Positions 29,928 through 41,420 of a stretch of 64,000 nucleotides of DNA are shown piece by piece. Location: assembly GCA_030704845.1 (NCBI GenBank), contig JAUYKZ010000006.1:18046-82045 (forward strand), given 5' to 3'. The notes beneath the pieces are model-generated. The model was not told the origin of the DNA and ran no database searches. It saw nothing but the letters and a program-made list of their open reading frames with translations. This DNA is from an archaeon (lineage in GTDB: Archaea; Nanobdellota; Nanobdellia; Woesearchaeales; GW2011-AR9). Both the position numbers and the translations under genes were made by a program. The stretch's first letter is position 1, and every line of letters begins with the position of its first letter.

Positions 29928-30881
29928 TTATTTATTCTCGGGATTAATTATCAAATCGCATACTACCGACTTATGATCAGAATAATATACATCAGGAACA
30001 AAACAATCCTCGTAAATGAAATGTTTGCTTGCAATGATGTGATCTATGGCAACCGGATCATTATTAGAAGTAGGAAATTTTCCATCGTCTTTGAATAAAC
30101 TGAAATAGCCAGTATTTAGTAAAACATTAATAGCTGGACCACCAGGTTCAGTATTCAAATCGCCGGTAATGATTACTGGAGTATCTTCTATAAGATCATC
30201 TAGAACTTCATCCCTAATAATCTCAGCTTGACCGGTTTTATCTCCCCCACCAAGATGAGTATTAACAAAATTGATCTTGCGGCCGTTATCAAGATAGATA
30301 TCCATGAAACTATGTTCCCCAACAAAAGTGTCTACGAAAGAATCAGTTTTATCCAACGAAAGATTCCTGCCGGAAAGTGGATATTTACTAAGCACCCCAT
30401 TGCCGCAATGAATCTGAAAAAATAGTTGAGAATTCCATTTAGTGCCATAAGCATAATACTTCATACCTGTTTTTTCGGAGAGATATCTTAATTGGTCAAC
30501 TTCAAAACTCCAATAAGCATTAAAATCTATTTCGTTTAATGAAACTACTTCCGGATTAATTTGAATTATTAACTCAGCAATTTCATCAAGTTTACGATAC
30601 ATGCTTTCTTTGGTCATCTGAGAATTTAAACCAAACTCATAAAAGAATGAACCATAACTTCTAGGAAATCTTGATACATTCACTGGACCTCTACCATGGG
30701 CAATGTTATAAGTCATTACTCTAAGAGCATTATTACCATCAACATCGGGCATCTCTTGATTAATTGAAAGATTAATATTTGTTCTATCAGAGAAGTCTGG
30801 ACTGGTCGTATAATGTGATCCGCAAGAAGATAGAATTAACGATAATGCGGAATGTTTAAGAAAATCGAATAAACCTTTCAT
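29928..30881 (-). CDS. Endonuclease/exonuclease/phosphatase (EEP) family protein with lipobox-like N-terminus
   Basis: VMTYNIAHG, LNEID, GNGVLSKYP, NTHL, TGDLN, IDHI, SDH; LILSSC. Confidence 0.88.
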   Translation of the reverse strand: MKGLFDFLKHSALSLILSSCGSHYTTSPDFSDRTNINLSINQEMPDVDGNNALRVMTYNIAHGRGPVNVSRFPRSYGSFFYEFGLNSQMTKESMYRKLDEIAELIIQINPEVVSLNEIDFNAYWSFEVDQLRYLSEKTGMKYYAYGTKWNSQLFFQIHCGNGVLSKYPLSGRNLSLDKTDSFVDTFVGEHSFMDIYLDNGRKINFVNTHLGGGDKTGQAEIIRDEVLDDLIEDTPVIITGDLNTEPGGPAINVLLNTGYFSLFKDDGKFPTSNNDPVAIDHIIASKHFIYEDCFVPDVYYSDHKSVVCDLIINPENK

Positions 30882-30897
30882 AATAATTATAATAAAC

Positions 30898-31305
30898 CTA
30901 TCCCTTAACCTTCTTAACCTTTAATTTCTTTAATTTCTTGGTTATAGGAATTGTTTGATGACAATGTTCGCAATCTACAAGATATGCTTGGGCACCTTTG
31001 AAGGATTTTCTTTGATATGTCGTAGTTCCTTCACCATCTTTGCCACAATATGGGCAGGTATATTTTGCTTCTAAAGTCAAAGATTCTTCATGTTCTTTTT
31101 TCTCTTCCTCATACCCGCACGAATGACAAACATATTTAATTGCCCTAGTTTTAACCTTACCTTTCTCAATTGGTTTGCCCATTTTATCTTTTTTACATTT
31201 AGGACATTCTTTTCGATAAACCCAAGCTAGAACATTTCCATCATCAATAGAACGATTACTAAAGTAAAGACATTCATCCATTGACGTTGGTACCTTAAGA
31301 GCCAT
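30898..31305 (-). CDS. Conserved hypothetical Zn-finger protein (four CxxC motifs)
   Basis: CPKC, CHSC, CPYC, CEHC; ATG at 31305 just downstream of a TATA-like motif. Confidence 0.75.
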   Translation of the reverse strand: MALKVPTSMDECLYFSNRSIDDGNVLAWVYRKECPKCKKDKMGKPIEKGKVKTRAIKYVCHSCGYEEEKKEHEESLTLEAKYTCPYCGKDGEGTTTYQRKSFKGAQAYLVDCEHCHQTIPITKKLKKLKVKKVKG

Positions 31306-31407
31306 ATTTTCAAAATAACCCTGATTATATTTAAATGTTGTTGTTAAGTTACTCCAAGCCACTAGTATACCTATTGAATAATAGACTTTCAACCTTAATG
31401 AAGGATA

Positions 31408-31502
31408 TATACTAAAGTGCCAAAGCTTTCGAACTTATTTTTGGCACTTGATATATATATAAAATGCGTTAATATATTCGAAATCTAACGCATTTTAGTA
31501 TA
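31408..31502. repeat. 95-bp double-hairpin element, copy 1
   Basis: Reverse complement of 49461..49553 except one substitution and one extra AT unit; termini TATACTAAA / TTTAGTATA. Confidence 0.9.
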
Positions 31503-31596
31503 AATAAATCAAATAAAAAAAGGTTATGATTTTGAAGGAAACGAAATACCTTCAAATAGAATAGTCTGTGAATATTTTAGAATTTGCCGATAACAG

Positions 31597-32418
31597 TTAA
31601 ACAATCCGTTTTATTTCGATACTTATCGCTTTCCGATTAACTCGAATATATCTTGGACATTCTGTCCATTCAAGGTCGTTTACCTTACAATAAGAGATTA
31701 ATTTTTCTTTCTCGGCATCAGTAGAAAATGCTACAACTACAACAAATCCGAGATCCGTTGGATGAAGGATTTCTAATGAAGATAAATCGTCAATTACTTT
31801 TTTTCGTATTGTTAAAAGGGAATTTATTCTTTCTGGAAGTTCAGTTAATTTTTTTTCGATGATATTTAAAGAACTTTCATCTACTAACTCTTCTACATTT
31901 AATTTATTAAATATCTTATCATCCTTACAAGAAATAAATCCGCCAACATGAGCTTCCACTAATTTCCATTCTCCAAAGCTCCCAACCATAATATCAGCAT
32001 AATTACCATCACAAAGAGAAGTGCCGATACAACCAGAAACGTCCATGATTACTAAACAATCGTTCTTTTCACATAATTCAAATATTCTCTTAGAATTCTG
32101 TTCTGCAAAATATCCCCCGGGATTTTCATAAAGGAAAGCCGACGGTTTCAGTTTGATTAATTTATCTTCAAGGTCAATCAAATCGATAACCGCATCATTA
32201 CATTTTACTTCAATTTCTTGCAATCCTTGTTTTTTAGGAAGAGTTCTATAACTTAACCAGCCACCTTCTTCCGGAATTAATATTGTACTACTTTCAGCAA
32301 AAATAGAAAGGGCAGCTGCAATAGCAGTATTACCTCGAGTGGTTATCTTTAGATGAGAATGACCAGTAAGACTTATAATTTTATTAGATACGACTTCCAC
32401 GACACTTAAATGATTCAT
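31597..32418 (-). CDS. PLP-dependent fold type I enzyme (DegT/DnrJ-like)
   Basis: RGNTAI..AL, IMDVSG, VGSFGEWK (PLP lysine). Confidence 0.65.
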   Translation of the reverse strand: MNHLSVVEVVSNKIISLTGHSHLKITTRGNTAIAAALSIFAESSTILIPEEGGWLSYRTLPKKQGLQEIEVKCNDAVIDLIDLEDKLIKLKPSAFLYENPGGYFAEQNSKRIFELCEKNDCLVIMDVSGCIGTSLCDGNYADIMVGSFGEWKLVEAHVGGFISCKDDKIFNKLNVEELVDESSLNIIEKKLTELPERINSLLTIRKKVIDDLSSLEILHPTDLGFVVVVAFSTDAEKEKLISYCKVNDLEWTECPRYIRVNRKAISIEIKRIV

Positions 32419-32441
32419 GAACCTTTAATTAAGCTAGTTTA

Positions 32442-33545
32442 TTAAATATCTTTCCGTGAGAATTTTAATTCCCAAAGTAAGCGGTTAATCACGGCTTTCT
32501 GGGAAACAATACCTGAGAGTTTACCTTTCTCCATTACCGGAAGTACTTCCATGTTTCTTTCAGAGAATAAGCGGAAAGCATCATAAACCGATTGGGAAGG
32601 TTTCAAGGAATCCACTGAATTATAACCTGGAGTGATTTGGCGAAGAGTAATCCTTGATTGAATCTTTGGAGGCACTTTTGAGATTTGTTTTATATCAAGT
32701 AATCCAAGAAAATTTTTTCCTTTCACAACAAAAACATCCACTTCAGTATTTTTATATTTCTGAAGGAAATTACTGAAACTCATGCTGGGATCTAATGTAA
32801 GAAATTTTTTCTGAATTAATTCTTTAAGAGAGATTTTACCTAGAGCTTCCTTGATAACAACCTGTTCATAACTTGCACCGGCAATGAAATATAAAAACAT
32901 CCCAATAAGAATAAACCAAAGACCACCACCACTAAAGGTAAGTATTCCAAGAACGATAAGTAGTAGTGCTACAATTCTTCCACCATAAGAAGCTATCCTG
33001 GTAGCTTTTCGTAGATCTTTATAATGCCAAAATAATATTGCTCTAAAGGCTCTTCCACCATCTAAAGGATATCCTGGTACAAGATTAAATGCTCCAACAA
33101 TGAAATTTATTTGGTAAAGGTAATATGATATGGCATGAAGATATCCATTTCCATTAAAGGCATAGATCAAATAAAATAAACCGGCGATAGAAAATGAAAA
33201 TATTGGTCCAGCGATGGCCATCAGGAATTCTGAAGCAGGTTCAAGATCTTCCCTAGTTATTCCGGCAACTCCACCAAAAAAGAACAAAGTAATACTCTCA
33301 ACTTTGATTTTTCTAAATCTAGCTACAATTGAATGACTTAGTTCATGTAATAAAACTGAAACGAAGAGAAGTAATGAAGAGATAACTCCCATAACCCAAT
33401 ATTCGATAGAGGTATATGTCGGGAAGAAAACTGGAAAGAAAGCCGTAGATAAACTCCAGGTCAAAATAGCAAAGATAATCCACCAAGAATAATGTAATCG
33501 GATATCAATCCCTAAAATAGTAAAGAGTTTTAAACCTTTCTTCAT
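32442..33545 (-). CDS. Site-2 protease (M50) with C-terminal CBS domains
   Basis: HELSH, AIAGP, FNLVPGYPLDGGR. Confidence 0.92.
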   Translation of the reverse strand: MKKGLKLFTILGIDIRLHYSWWIIFAILTWSLSTAFFPVFFPTYTSIEYWVMGVISSLLLFVSVLLHELSHSIVARFRKIKVESITLFFFGGVAGITREDLEPASEFLMAIAGPIFSFSIAGLFYLIYAFNGNGYLHAISYYLYQINFIVGAFNLVPGYPLDGGRAFRAILFWHYKDLRKATRIASYGGRIVALLLIVLGILTFSGGGLWFILIGMFLYFIAGASYEQVVIKEALGKISLKELIQKKFLTLDPSMSFSNFLQKYKNTEVDVFVVKGKNFLGLLDIKQISKVPPKIQSRITLRQITPGYNSVDSLKPSQSVYDAFRLFSERNMEVLPVMEKGKLSGIVSQKAVINRLLWELKFSRKDI

Positions 33546-33624
33546 AATATTAAGAAGAATTATTTACTTTAAAAGAATGTGTGTTCATTTTAGAATAAGA
33601 AAAAAAAGAAAAAAAAGTTAAAAA

Positions 33625-34176
33625 CTAATTGTTACAAGTTCCCGCTTTTTCACATTGGGATAGATGAGTAGTTACATCCATACATCCAGAGTAGGTAGTA
33701 TTATCAGTTCTACACCAACTATTGTAACTTTGACAATCAAATGTTCCTGTTGAATTAGTTGCTACAGCCATATTACAACTAGGAGCTGCAACTGGAGCTA
33801 CACATTGAGCATCTTTAACACCAACCGTTTCACATCCGTCTTCACAAGCAGTAACACATAATCTTACAATACCATTAACACAACTGACTTCTGTTAATTG
33901 GCCAGGAACCCTAGTTGAACATTGATCCCAGGTACCAACATCTTTTTTAGTACTCGTATCGTATCTAATTGAACTATTTGTAATTTGTCTACAATTAAAT
34001 CGAGTTGGATAATCCTTACAAGCACCAGCAATAGCTTGACCAGCAATAGCGCCACCTTCATCTTCCCAATCAAGGTTACCTTCAAAATCCTCTGACGTTT
34101 CCGGTTCAGTAGGAACACAACCAACAACAAGAACAAATAACGCTAAAACACTTAACACCAAAATTAATTTCTTCAT
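33625..34176 (-). CDS. Cys-rich putative lipoprotein
   Basis: MKK-hydrophobic-VVGC lipobox, acidic linker, AIAGQA; SD GAGGTG. Confidence 0.7.
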   Translation of the reverse strand: MKKLILVLSVLALFVLVVGCVPTEPETSEDFEGNLDWEDEGGAIAGQAIAGACKDYPTRFNCRQITNSSIRYDTSTKKDVGTWDQCSTRVPGQLTEVSCVNGIVRLCVTACEDGCETVGVKDAQCVAPVAAPSCNMAVATNSTGTFDCQSYNSWCRTDNTTYSGCMDVTTHLSQCEKAGTCNN

Positions 34177-34208
34177 CTATAAACACCTCATTAAATAAAT
34201 TTTTATTA

Positions 34209-34230
34209 GAAGAAGAAGAAGAAGAAGAAG
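34209..34230. repeat. (GAA)7 microsatellite between the TATA box and start of 33625..34176
   Basis: Directly visible. Confidence 0.8.
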
Positions 34231-34260
34231 TATATATATCTTTCTAAAAATTAAAATTAA

Positions 34261-34620
34261 TCATCTACATGAAGATTTATTTCCACAGCCATCAACACAT
34301 TCAACTTCACAACGCACAAGAACACCTTCAGAACAACTATAATGCAACATTAAATTATCGTAACATTCATTTAACAAAGAAAATGAAACACCAGTTGAGG
34401 TTCTAACATTAACTGAAGCACCATTATCATTACACCCATAACGAACATAACGCTGACAATTATCTGATTGAACAAGATCATTTTCAAATGCATGACCCGC
34501 GATTGAACCTCTGATTGCTTGTTCCTCAAACTCTTCTTGATTTAATGGCTCGCTAGGTAGACAACCGGAAATTAATAATAATGTTAAAAAAATAATTATT
34601 GACAATAATATTCTCTTCAT
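34261..34620 (-). CDS. Cys-rich putative lipoprotein, paralog of 33625..34176
   Basis: ISGC lipobox, acidic linker, SIAGHA, similar Cys spacing (C..G..R.C...C.DGC). Confidence 0.7.
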   Translation of the reverse strand: MKRILLSIIIFLTLLLISGCLPSEPLNQEEFEEQAIRGSIAGHAFENDLVQSDNCQRYVRYGCNDNGASVNVRTSTGVSFSLLNECYDNLMLHYSCSEGVLVRCEVECVDGCGNKSSCR

Positions 34621-34797
34621 AATACTTTGAAATAAAATAAAGGTATAAATATCTTTTTAATTTTTTACAGATTGATTTAGACTGCGATCAAACTCTTGAT
34701 AGAACTATTATAGAACTAGTGATTGCTCATCATTAAAGAGCTAGGAAAAACGCAAATAGTTTGTTTGAATATAGCTAAAGCTAATTTTGAAAAAATT

Positions 34798-34873
34798 AAA
34801 AAAAAAAGAGTAATGAAAAAATCATTACTTGTTTTTGTAAAAAAAAACAAGAGGACAAAAGCCCTCTTGTTTT
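34798..34873 (-). terminator. Two tandem hairpin plus U-tract terminators after 23S rRNA
   Basis: Minus strand ACAAGAGGGC-TTTT-GTCCTCTTGT then a T tract; AGTAATGA-loop-TCATTACT then a T tract. Confidence 0.65.
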
Positions 34874-34903
34874 GTAAGGAAAACCATATGTACATTTAAC
34901 ACA

Positions 34904-37802
34904 AAAATTGTGAACGTTAGTAAGCGCATGCTGAATACCTCGTTGCCTTGGTACTTACACATCGCTTCTATCAAACGGCTGTTCTTGCCGTGTTCTAAGG
35001 TGTCTCTTTTCAAGGGGCACTTCGTGCTTAGATGCTTTCAGCACTTATCGCTTATAGCGTAGCTGCCCGGCGTACCTTGTCAGATAACCGGTCGACCAGA
35101 GGCTACGAACCTTCGTTCCTCTCGTACTAAAAGGTCCTTCCTTTCAGACACCCAACACTCCCAGTAGATATCAAACAAACTGCCTCACAGCGTTCTGAAC
35201 CCAGCTCACGAACCCTTTTAATGGGTGAACACCCCCACCCTTGGCAGCTTCTGCACCGCCAGGATAGGATGAGCCGACATCGAAGTAGCAAACCGCGCCG
35301 TCGATATGAACTCTCGGGCGCGACAACTCAGTTATCCCCGGAGTAACTTTTCAGTCATTCCCAGCCCTCATTAAGAAGGCATGGGAGTTCGCTAGGCCAC
35401 ACTTTCGTGTTTGAAGTTCTTTATGTTCGAATTTCAATCAGGCTGGCTTATGCCCTTGCACTCAACTCCGGATTTCTAAACCGGATGAGCCAACCGTTGG
35501 GCGCTATTGATATCTTTTCAACAGCGTGCCACCCCAGCCAAACTGTCCACCAACCGGTGTCCCTTCAAAAGAAGGTAAGTGATGTAATTCATGAAAAGTG
35601 GTGTTACATCGTTGCCTAAGCCAGTATCTGACGACATTGGCCTCAAACGGCTCCCACTTACGCTATATAGCACGAACCACAACACAGCGACAGGCTACAG
35701 TAAAGTTTCACGGGGTCTTCGCTTCCCACTGGAAGTCCCTGGCCTTTGCACCAGGAAAGTGTATTCGGGAGACTCTAGGTTGGGACAGTGGCGATCTCGT
35801 TACACCATTCATGCAAGCCGGCATTCAACCGGCAAGGTATTACGCTACCTTAAGAGAGTTATAGTTACTCCCGCCGTTTACCAGCTCTTCACTCCGTTGA
35901 AACGAAGCTTAAAGTACTGGCACTGGGCAGATGTCACCTTCTATACACAGCGTTACCGCCTAGCAGAAAGTTAAGTTTTTGTTAAACAGTCGGACCGCCT
36001 TTGTTACTGAGCCCTGACATCGCATCCATACGGATACGAAAGCAGGGATCCCTTATACCGAAGGTACGGGACTAATTTGCCGAATTCCCTAACCTAGATT
36101 AAACTCACACATCTTAGGCTTCTCACCTAGGGGCACCTGTGCCGGTTCTGGGTACGGTTACCTTGTATCTATCGTTGTTCCCTTTTCAGGGACTCCAGAA
36201 ATCAGCCAAACAGACCATAGGCCTGCTATTCTACAGTTTACTCTGGTTCTCATCATTACGATACTCCCCAGACTTATCTGCATTAACACTTCAGACAAGA
36301 AGTGTTAGCTTATCCCAAAGCGTCAGAAACAACGCTTGTGTTGCCACGTATAACAAAGTAGTAGTGGAGTATTAACCACTTTCCCTTTCCCGTACATCCG
36401 TTAGGAGTACAGTTAGGACCGACTAACCCTTGGCTGATGAACATCGCCAAGGAACCCTTGCCCTTACGATGACAGGGATTCACACCCTGCTAGGATCCTA
36501 CTCTCACCAGGATTTTCATTCCATAGAGGTCCACTTCTCCTCACGGAGAAGCTTCTGCCCTCTAAAGACGCCTGCCTATACCCACTTATCGTGGTCTATG
36601 GTATCGGCAATCAGCTTAGACCCGTCAATCTTCCGGGCCCACGACCTCAACGAGTAAGCTGTTACGCACTTTTTAAAGGATGGCTGCTTCTAAGCCAACC
36701 TCCTCGCTGTCTCAGATCACGGACACCGTTAACCCTTTCTCACTTAGCTGATATTTAGGGGCCTTAACCATAGGCTGGGTTGTTCCCCTTTCGGAAATCA
36801 AGTTTACCCCAAGATTCCCTGTTTCCCAGAGTCTACAACGTTATGGCATTCGGAGTTGGACAGAAGGCCGACAGGTTTCCCCGCCTAAGCTTCCTATCCG
36901 TAGCTCTACAACCATAACCATCTCGTCTGAGACTTGACTAAGGTCAATTTCGGCAGGAACCTGCTATCGCCGAGCTCGATTGGCTTTTCACCCCTATTCC
37001 CAGGTCAGAAGAACACTTGCACGTAGAACCTCTTCAGACCTCCACGAAGTTTTACCCTCGCTTCATCTTGCCCAGGAATAGATCGCTCGGTTTCAGGTCG
37101 TGTCCATGTGACTTATGGCACTTTCATACCACTCCCCTCGCATGCTGCGGGATCTTGCTTTCGCTTAGGATGCCCCTTTTCGGGTTATCCTCGCCACATA
37201 AACACACTCCCTGGCCCGTTATTCAAAACGCACGGTGGAACTCCTAAAAGCACCACCATACTATAACTACTAGGTTTCAGAGTCTTTTAACTCCCTGTTA
37301 AGGGTTCTTTTCAACTTTCCCTCACGGTACTGTTTTCTATCGGTTTCGAAACGTATTTAGTATTAGAGGTTAATGCCCCCCAGATTCCCACTCCAATATC
37401 GAGGAGTAGTACTCAGGATACTTCCTAAGACCTTTCTTCTTTCCTCTACGGGACTATCACCCTATAGTGTGTTCCTTTCCAGGAAACTTCGAGTCAGAAT
37501 TAAGGCCGTAAGAGAAGTCCTACAACACCACATCTCCATTACCTTACGGCAACGGATTCAGTTTGTACTGGACCGCTTTCAGTCGCTCTTACTAACGGTA
37601 TCTCGGTTGATTTCTTTTCCTGCAGGTACTAAGACGCTTCAATTCCCTGCGTTCCCCGGCTCCAAAGAGCCATCAAAGAGAGAAGTCTCATTCGGAAATC
37701 TTTGGTTCAAAGCTTACGTTCAACTCGCCAAAGCATATCGTAGCTTGTCACGTCCTTCATCGGCGTTTCGAACCGAGTCATCCACCTAGTAGCGTACCTA
37801 GA
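34904..37802 (-). rRNA. rrl: 23S ribosomal RNA (ends approximate)
   Basis: GC-richer ~2.9 kb block; complements of the sarcin-ricin loop (TTCCTCTCGTACT) and peptidyl-transferase motifs (GAGCCGACATCGA, CCCAGCTCACG). Confidence 0.97.
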
Positions 37803-37960
37803 TGTGTTAAATGTACATATGGCTCATTACTATGATGTGATAGCGTATAAGATTAAACCCATACTCCATCATGTTCAACCATTGCCGCCAGGATTTGGCC
37901 ATTCCTGAAGGCACCTATTGCCCGTAACCTCTTTTGAGAGATTTTCGGGAACATTAAATG

Positions 37961-38054
37961 TGGACCCGACGGGATTTGAACCCGTGGCCTCCTGCTTTCT
38001 ATGCTTGTTAAACAAGCGTGCAAGGCAGGCGCTCTCCCCCTGAGCTACGGGCCC
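37961..38054 (-). tRNA. tRNA-Ala(UGC) with 22-nt intron at 37/38 (37997-38018); CCA not encoded
   Basis: GGGCCCGTAGCTCAG...CCTGC-CTTGCA[intron]A-GCAGG...GGTTCAAATCC...CGGGTCCA; G3:U70; usual spacer position. Confidence 0.93.
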
Positions 38055-38148
38055 TTTATTGAGGATTGTGATATTTTTATTTGTTAAACAACGTTAACCT
38101 TCCATGATATCAATCAAATTTTTTCTCATGATATTGTGAGTATAAAAA

Positions 38149-39618
<1,470 letters not shown>

Positions 39619-39823
39619 TAAAAGAAAATTTGTTTATTTGTACGATCGCGTACTTCCATCTTAAAAGAATTTCTGGATCACCTCGTTCGCACTCAAGATT
39701 AATTGAGCACACATGTTTTAAGATTGGCGATAAACAAAAACGGATAAGTTTTTGATGCTTGCTTAGAGCAAACAATCACCATCCCCGAGGACAAACCTCG
39801 AGTTTTATTCTTGGAATGCAGGT

Positions 39824-39840
39824 TGTTTATAAATGTTTCC
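39824..39840 (-). promoter_or_regulatory. rRNA operon BRE-TATA promoter
   Basis: Minus strand GGAAACATTTATAAA about 210 nt upstream of 16S, preceded by AT-rich DNA. Confidence 0.7.
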
Positions 39841-40030
39841 CTATTATTTAATTCAATTCTACGGGTGATTTTCAATATTTTTACAACAGAATAGTTTCTA
39901 TAATTATTTTAATGCCTTTTTTTATTAAAATCTTTAGATTAATTCATTGAATTAATTCAAATAAAAGTAGAAAATAAATTAACAATCTGGTTCTAACTAT
40001 CAATGAGATTTAATTAAGTTAAGTATTTAA

Positions 40031-40080
40031 AAATAAATTAAAATAAATTAAAATAATTTAAAATAGATTAAAATGATCTT
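40031..40080. repeat. Degenerate 10-bp tandem repeat (AAATAAATTA x5)
   Basis: aaataaatta aaataaatta aaataattta aaatagatta aaatgatctt. Confidence 0.6.
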
Positions 40081-40098
40081 AAAATTATATTCAAAAAT

Positions 40099-40206
40099 CT
40101 AACTAGCTTGGATTCTTCTACGTCTTTTAGCCTTCTTCATTTTCTTGCGTTGCCATTTCCAACGCATTTGGCCTTTCTTTTTCCAACGTCGTGAGCTTCT
40201 TTTCAT
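40099..40206 (-). CDS. rpl41e: Ribosomal protein eL41 (eS32), 35 aa (not in ORF track)
   Basis: MKRSSRRWKKKGQMRWKWQRKKMKKAKRRRRIQAS; own TATA box (AAACATTTATAAA). Confidence 0.85.
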   Translation of the reverse strand: MKRSSRRWKKKGQMRWKWQRKKMKKAKRRRRIQAS

Positions 40207-40295
40207 CTTTTGCTGTGGAGAAGTAATCCGTTTATAAATGTTTCTACGAGCAATTGTGTATCTTACCCTAAACACTTAACCTTCCGATAAGTTGT

Positions 40296-41318
40296 TTAAC
40301 CATAAACTCTCTCCCACTCTTTTAAAAATAATTGAGCGATATTCTCGTCTTCAATAATCAAAATATTTTCATCATTTCTGGTATTTCCACCACCAGTTGG
40401 ATTCATTGAACCAGTGATAACAGTTTTGCCATCAATAATGAATACTTTATGATGCATATTTTGTTTATTCTGATCTTTAACAACATCAACACCTTGATAT
40501 AATAACTGCTGATACACAGAATCTTTGGTAACTTGCCTTGCTTCCATAACCCCTCGAATAGTTAGATTATCCAATTTTTTGAGCAGTAGAATGTTTGAGA
40601 TCTCTTGGCTAGTGAAAGAAAAAGTCATGAAATGAATTGATTCTTTAGCTTTAGCAAGTTCCCCTTTTATTCTTTCAGTGCAATGATCTTCCGGGCAGAA
40701 ATAATTTTGTATTTTTGTTTCACTTAACATTACACGCGAATTTTTTACCGGATCTCCTTTCTTAAAAGTTCCAGACCACATCTCTTGGAATTCGTCATCA
40801 TAATTTTGAGCGAGAATTTGCGATTCAATCAGGAGAAGATTATTATCGTTTTTTGTAGCCCCGTTTAGGGTTGGATTCATTGAACCGGTAGATATTTTTT
40901 TGCTGTCAACAATACAAAATTTATTGTGCATCAAACCCCAAGAATCTTCCTGAACAAAAGGATAATCAAATTCATCCAGATAATCATTATCAGTTACAAC
41001 TTTAACATCAATAGAAGATGATTTTTCCAAAAGAACTTGCTGGACTTTTGGAAGATTGAGTTCAAACAATGCACAATGGATAGATTCCTGAGCTGATGCT
41101 AAGAAATTAGTGAGTATAGTTTCGCAATCTTCTTGCGGACAAAAATTGGTTTCAATTGAACCGTAATCTTGAACGAAAGATTCAGTTATTGAAGAGGGGG
41201 AATCTAACTCAGTTTGTGATAATAAAGAAGTTGTTCCACTGTAAATAAATGGAATTATTAAAATTAGAAAAATTGTAATAAATAGTTTCTTAACTGTAAA
41301 TCTTCTTTTTCCAGCCAT
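40296..41318 (-). CDS. Phospholipase D-family protein/nuclease with two HKD motifs and N-terminal anchor
   Basis: MHNKFCIVD..TGSMN and MHHKVFIID..TGSMN. Confidence 0.9.
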   Translation of the reverse strand: MAGKRRFTVKKLFITIFLILIIPFIYSGTTSLLSQTELDSPSSITESFVQDYGSIETNFCPQEDCETILTNFLASAQESIHCALFELNLPKVQQVLLEKSSSIDVKVVTDNDYLDEFDYPFVQEDSWGLMHNKFCIVDSKKISTGSMNPTLNGATKNDNNLLLIESQILAQNYDDEFQEMWSGTFKKGDPVKNSRVMLSETKIQNYFCPEDHCTERIKGELAKAKESIHFMTFSFTSQEISNILLLKKLDNLTIRGVMEARQVTKDSVYQQLLYQGVDVVKDQNKQNMHHKVFIIDGKTVITGSMNPTGGGNTRNDENILIIEDENIAQLFLKEWERVYG

Positions 41319-41420
41319 AAGTCGCTTAGAATTAAAATTGTTTATTAAGATTTAGAGAATTGAGGATAATTGTCTACACAGAAACCTATTTAAACCACAA
41401 AAATAATTCAAAATTAAAAG

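Noticed and set aside
37823-37960. GC-richer hairpins in the tRNA-23S spacer as 5S rRNA or C/D guide RNA
   Set aside because: No 5S consensus and no convincing paired C and D boxes; treated as spacer structure
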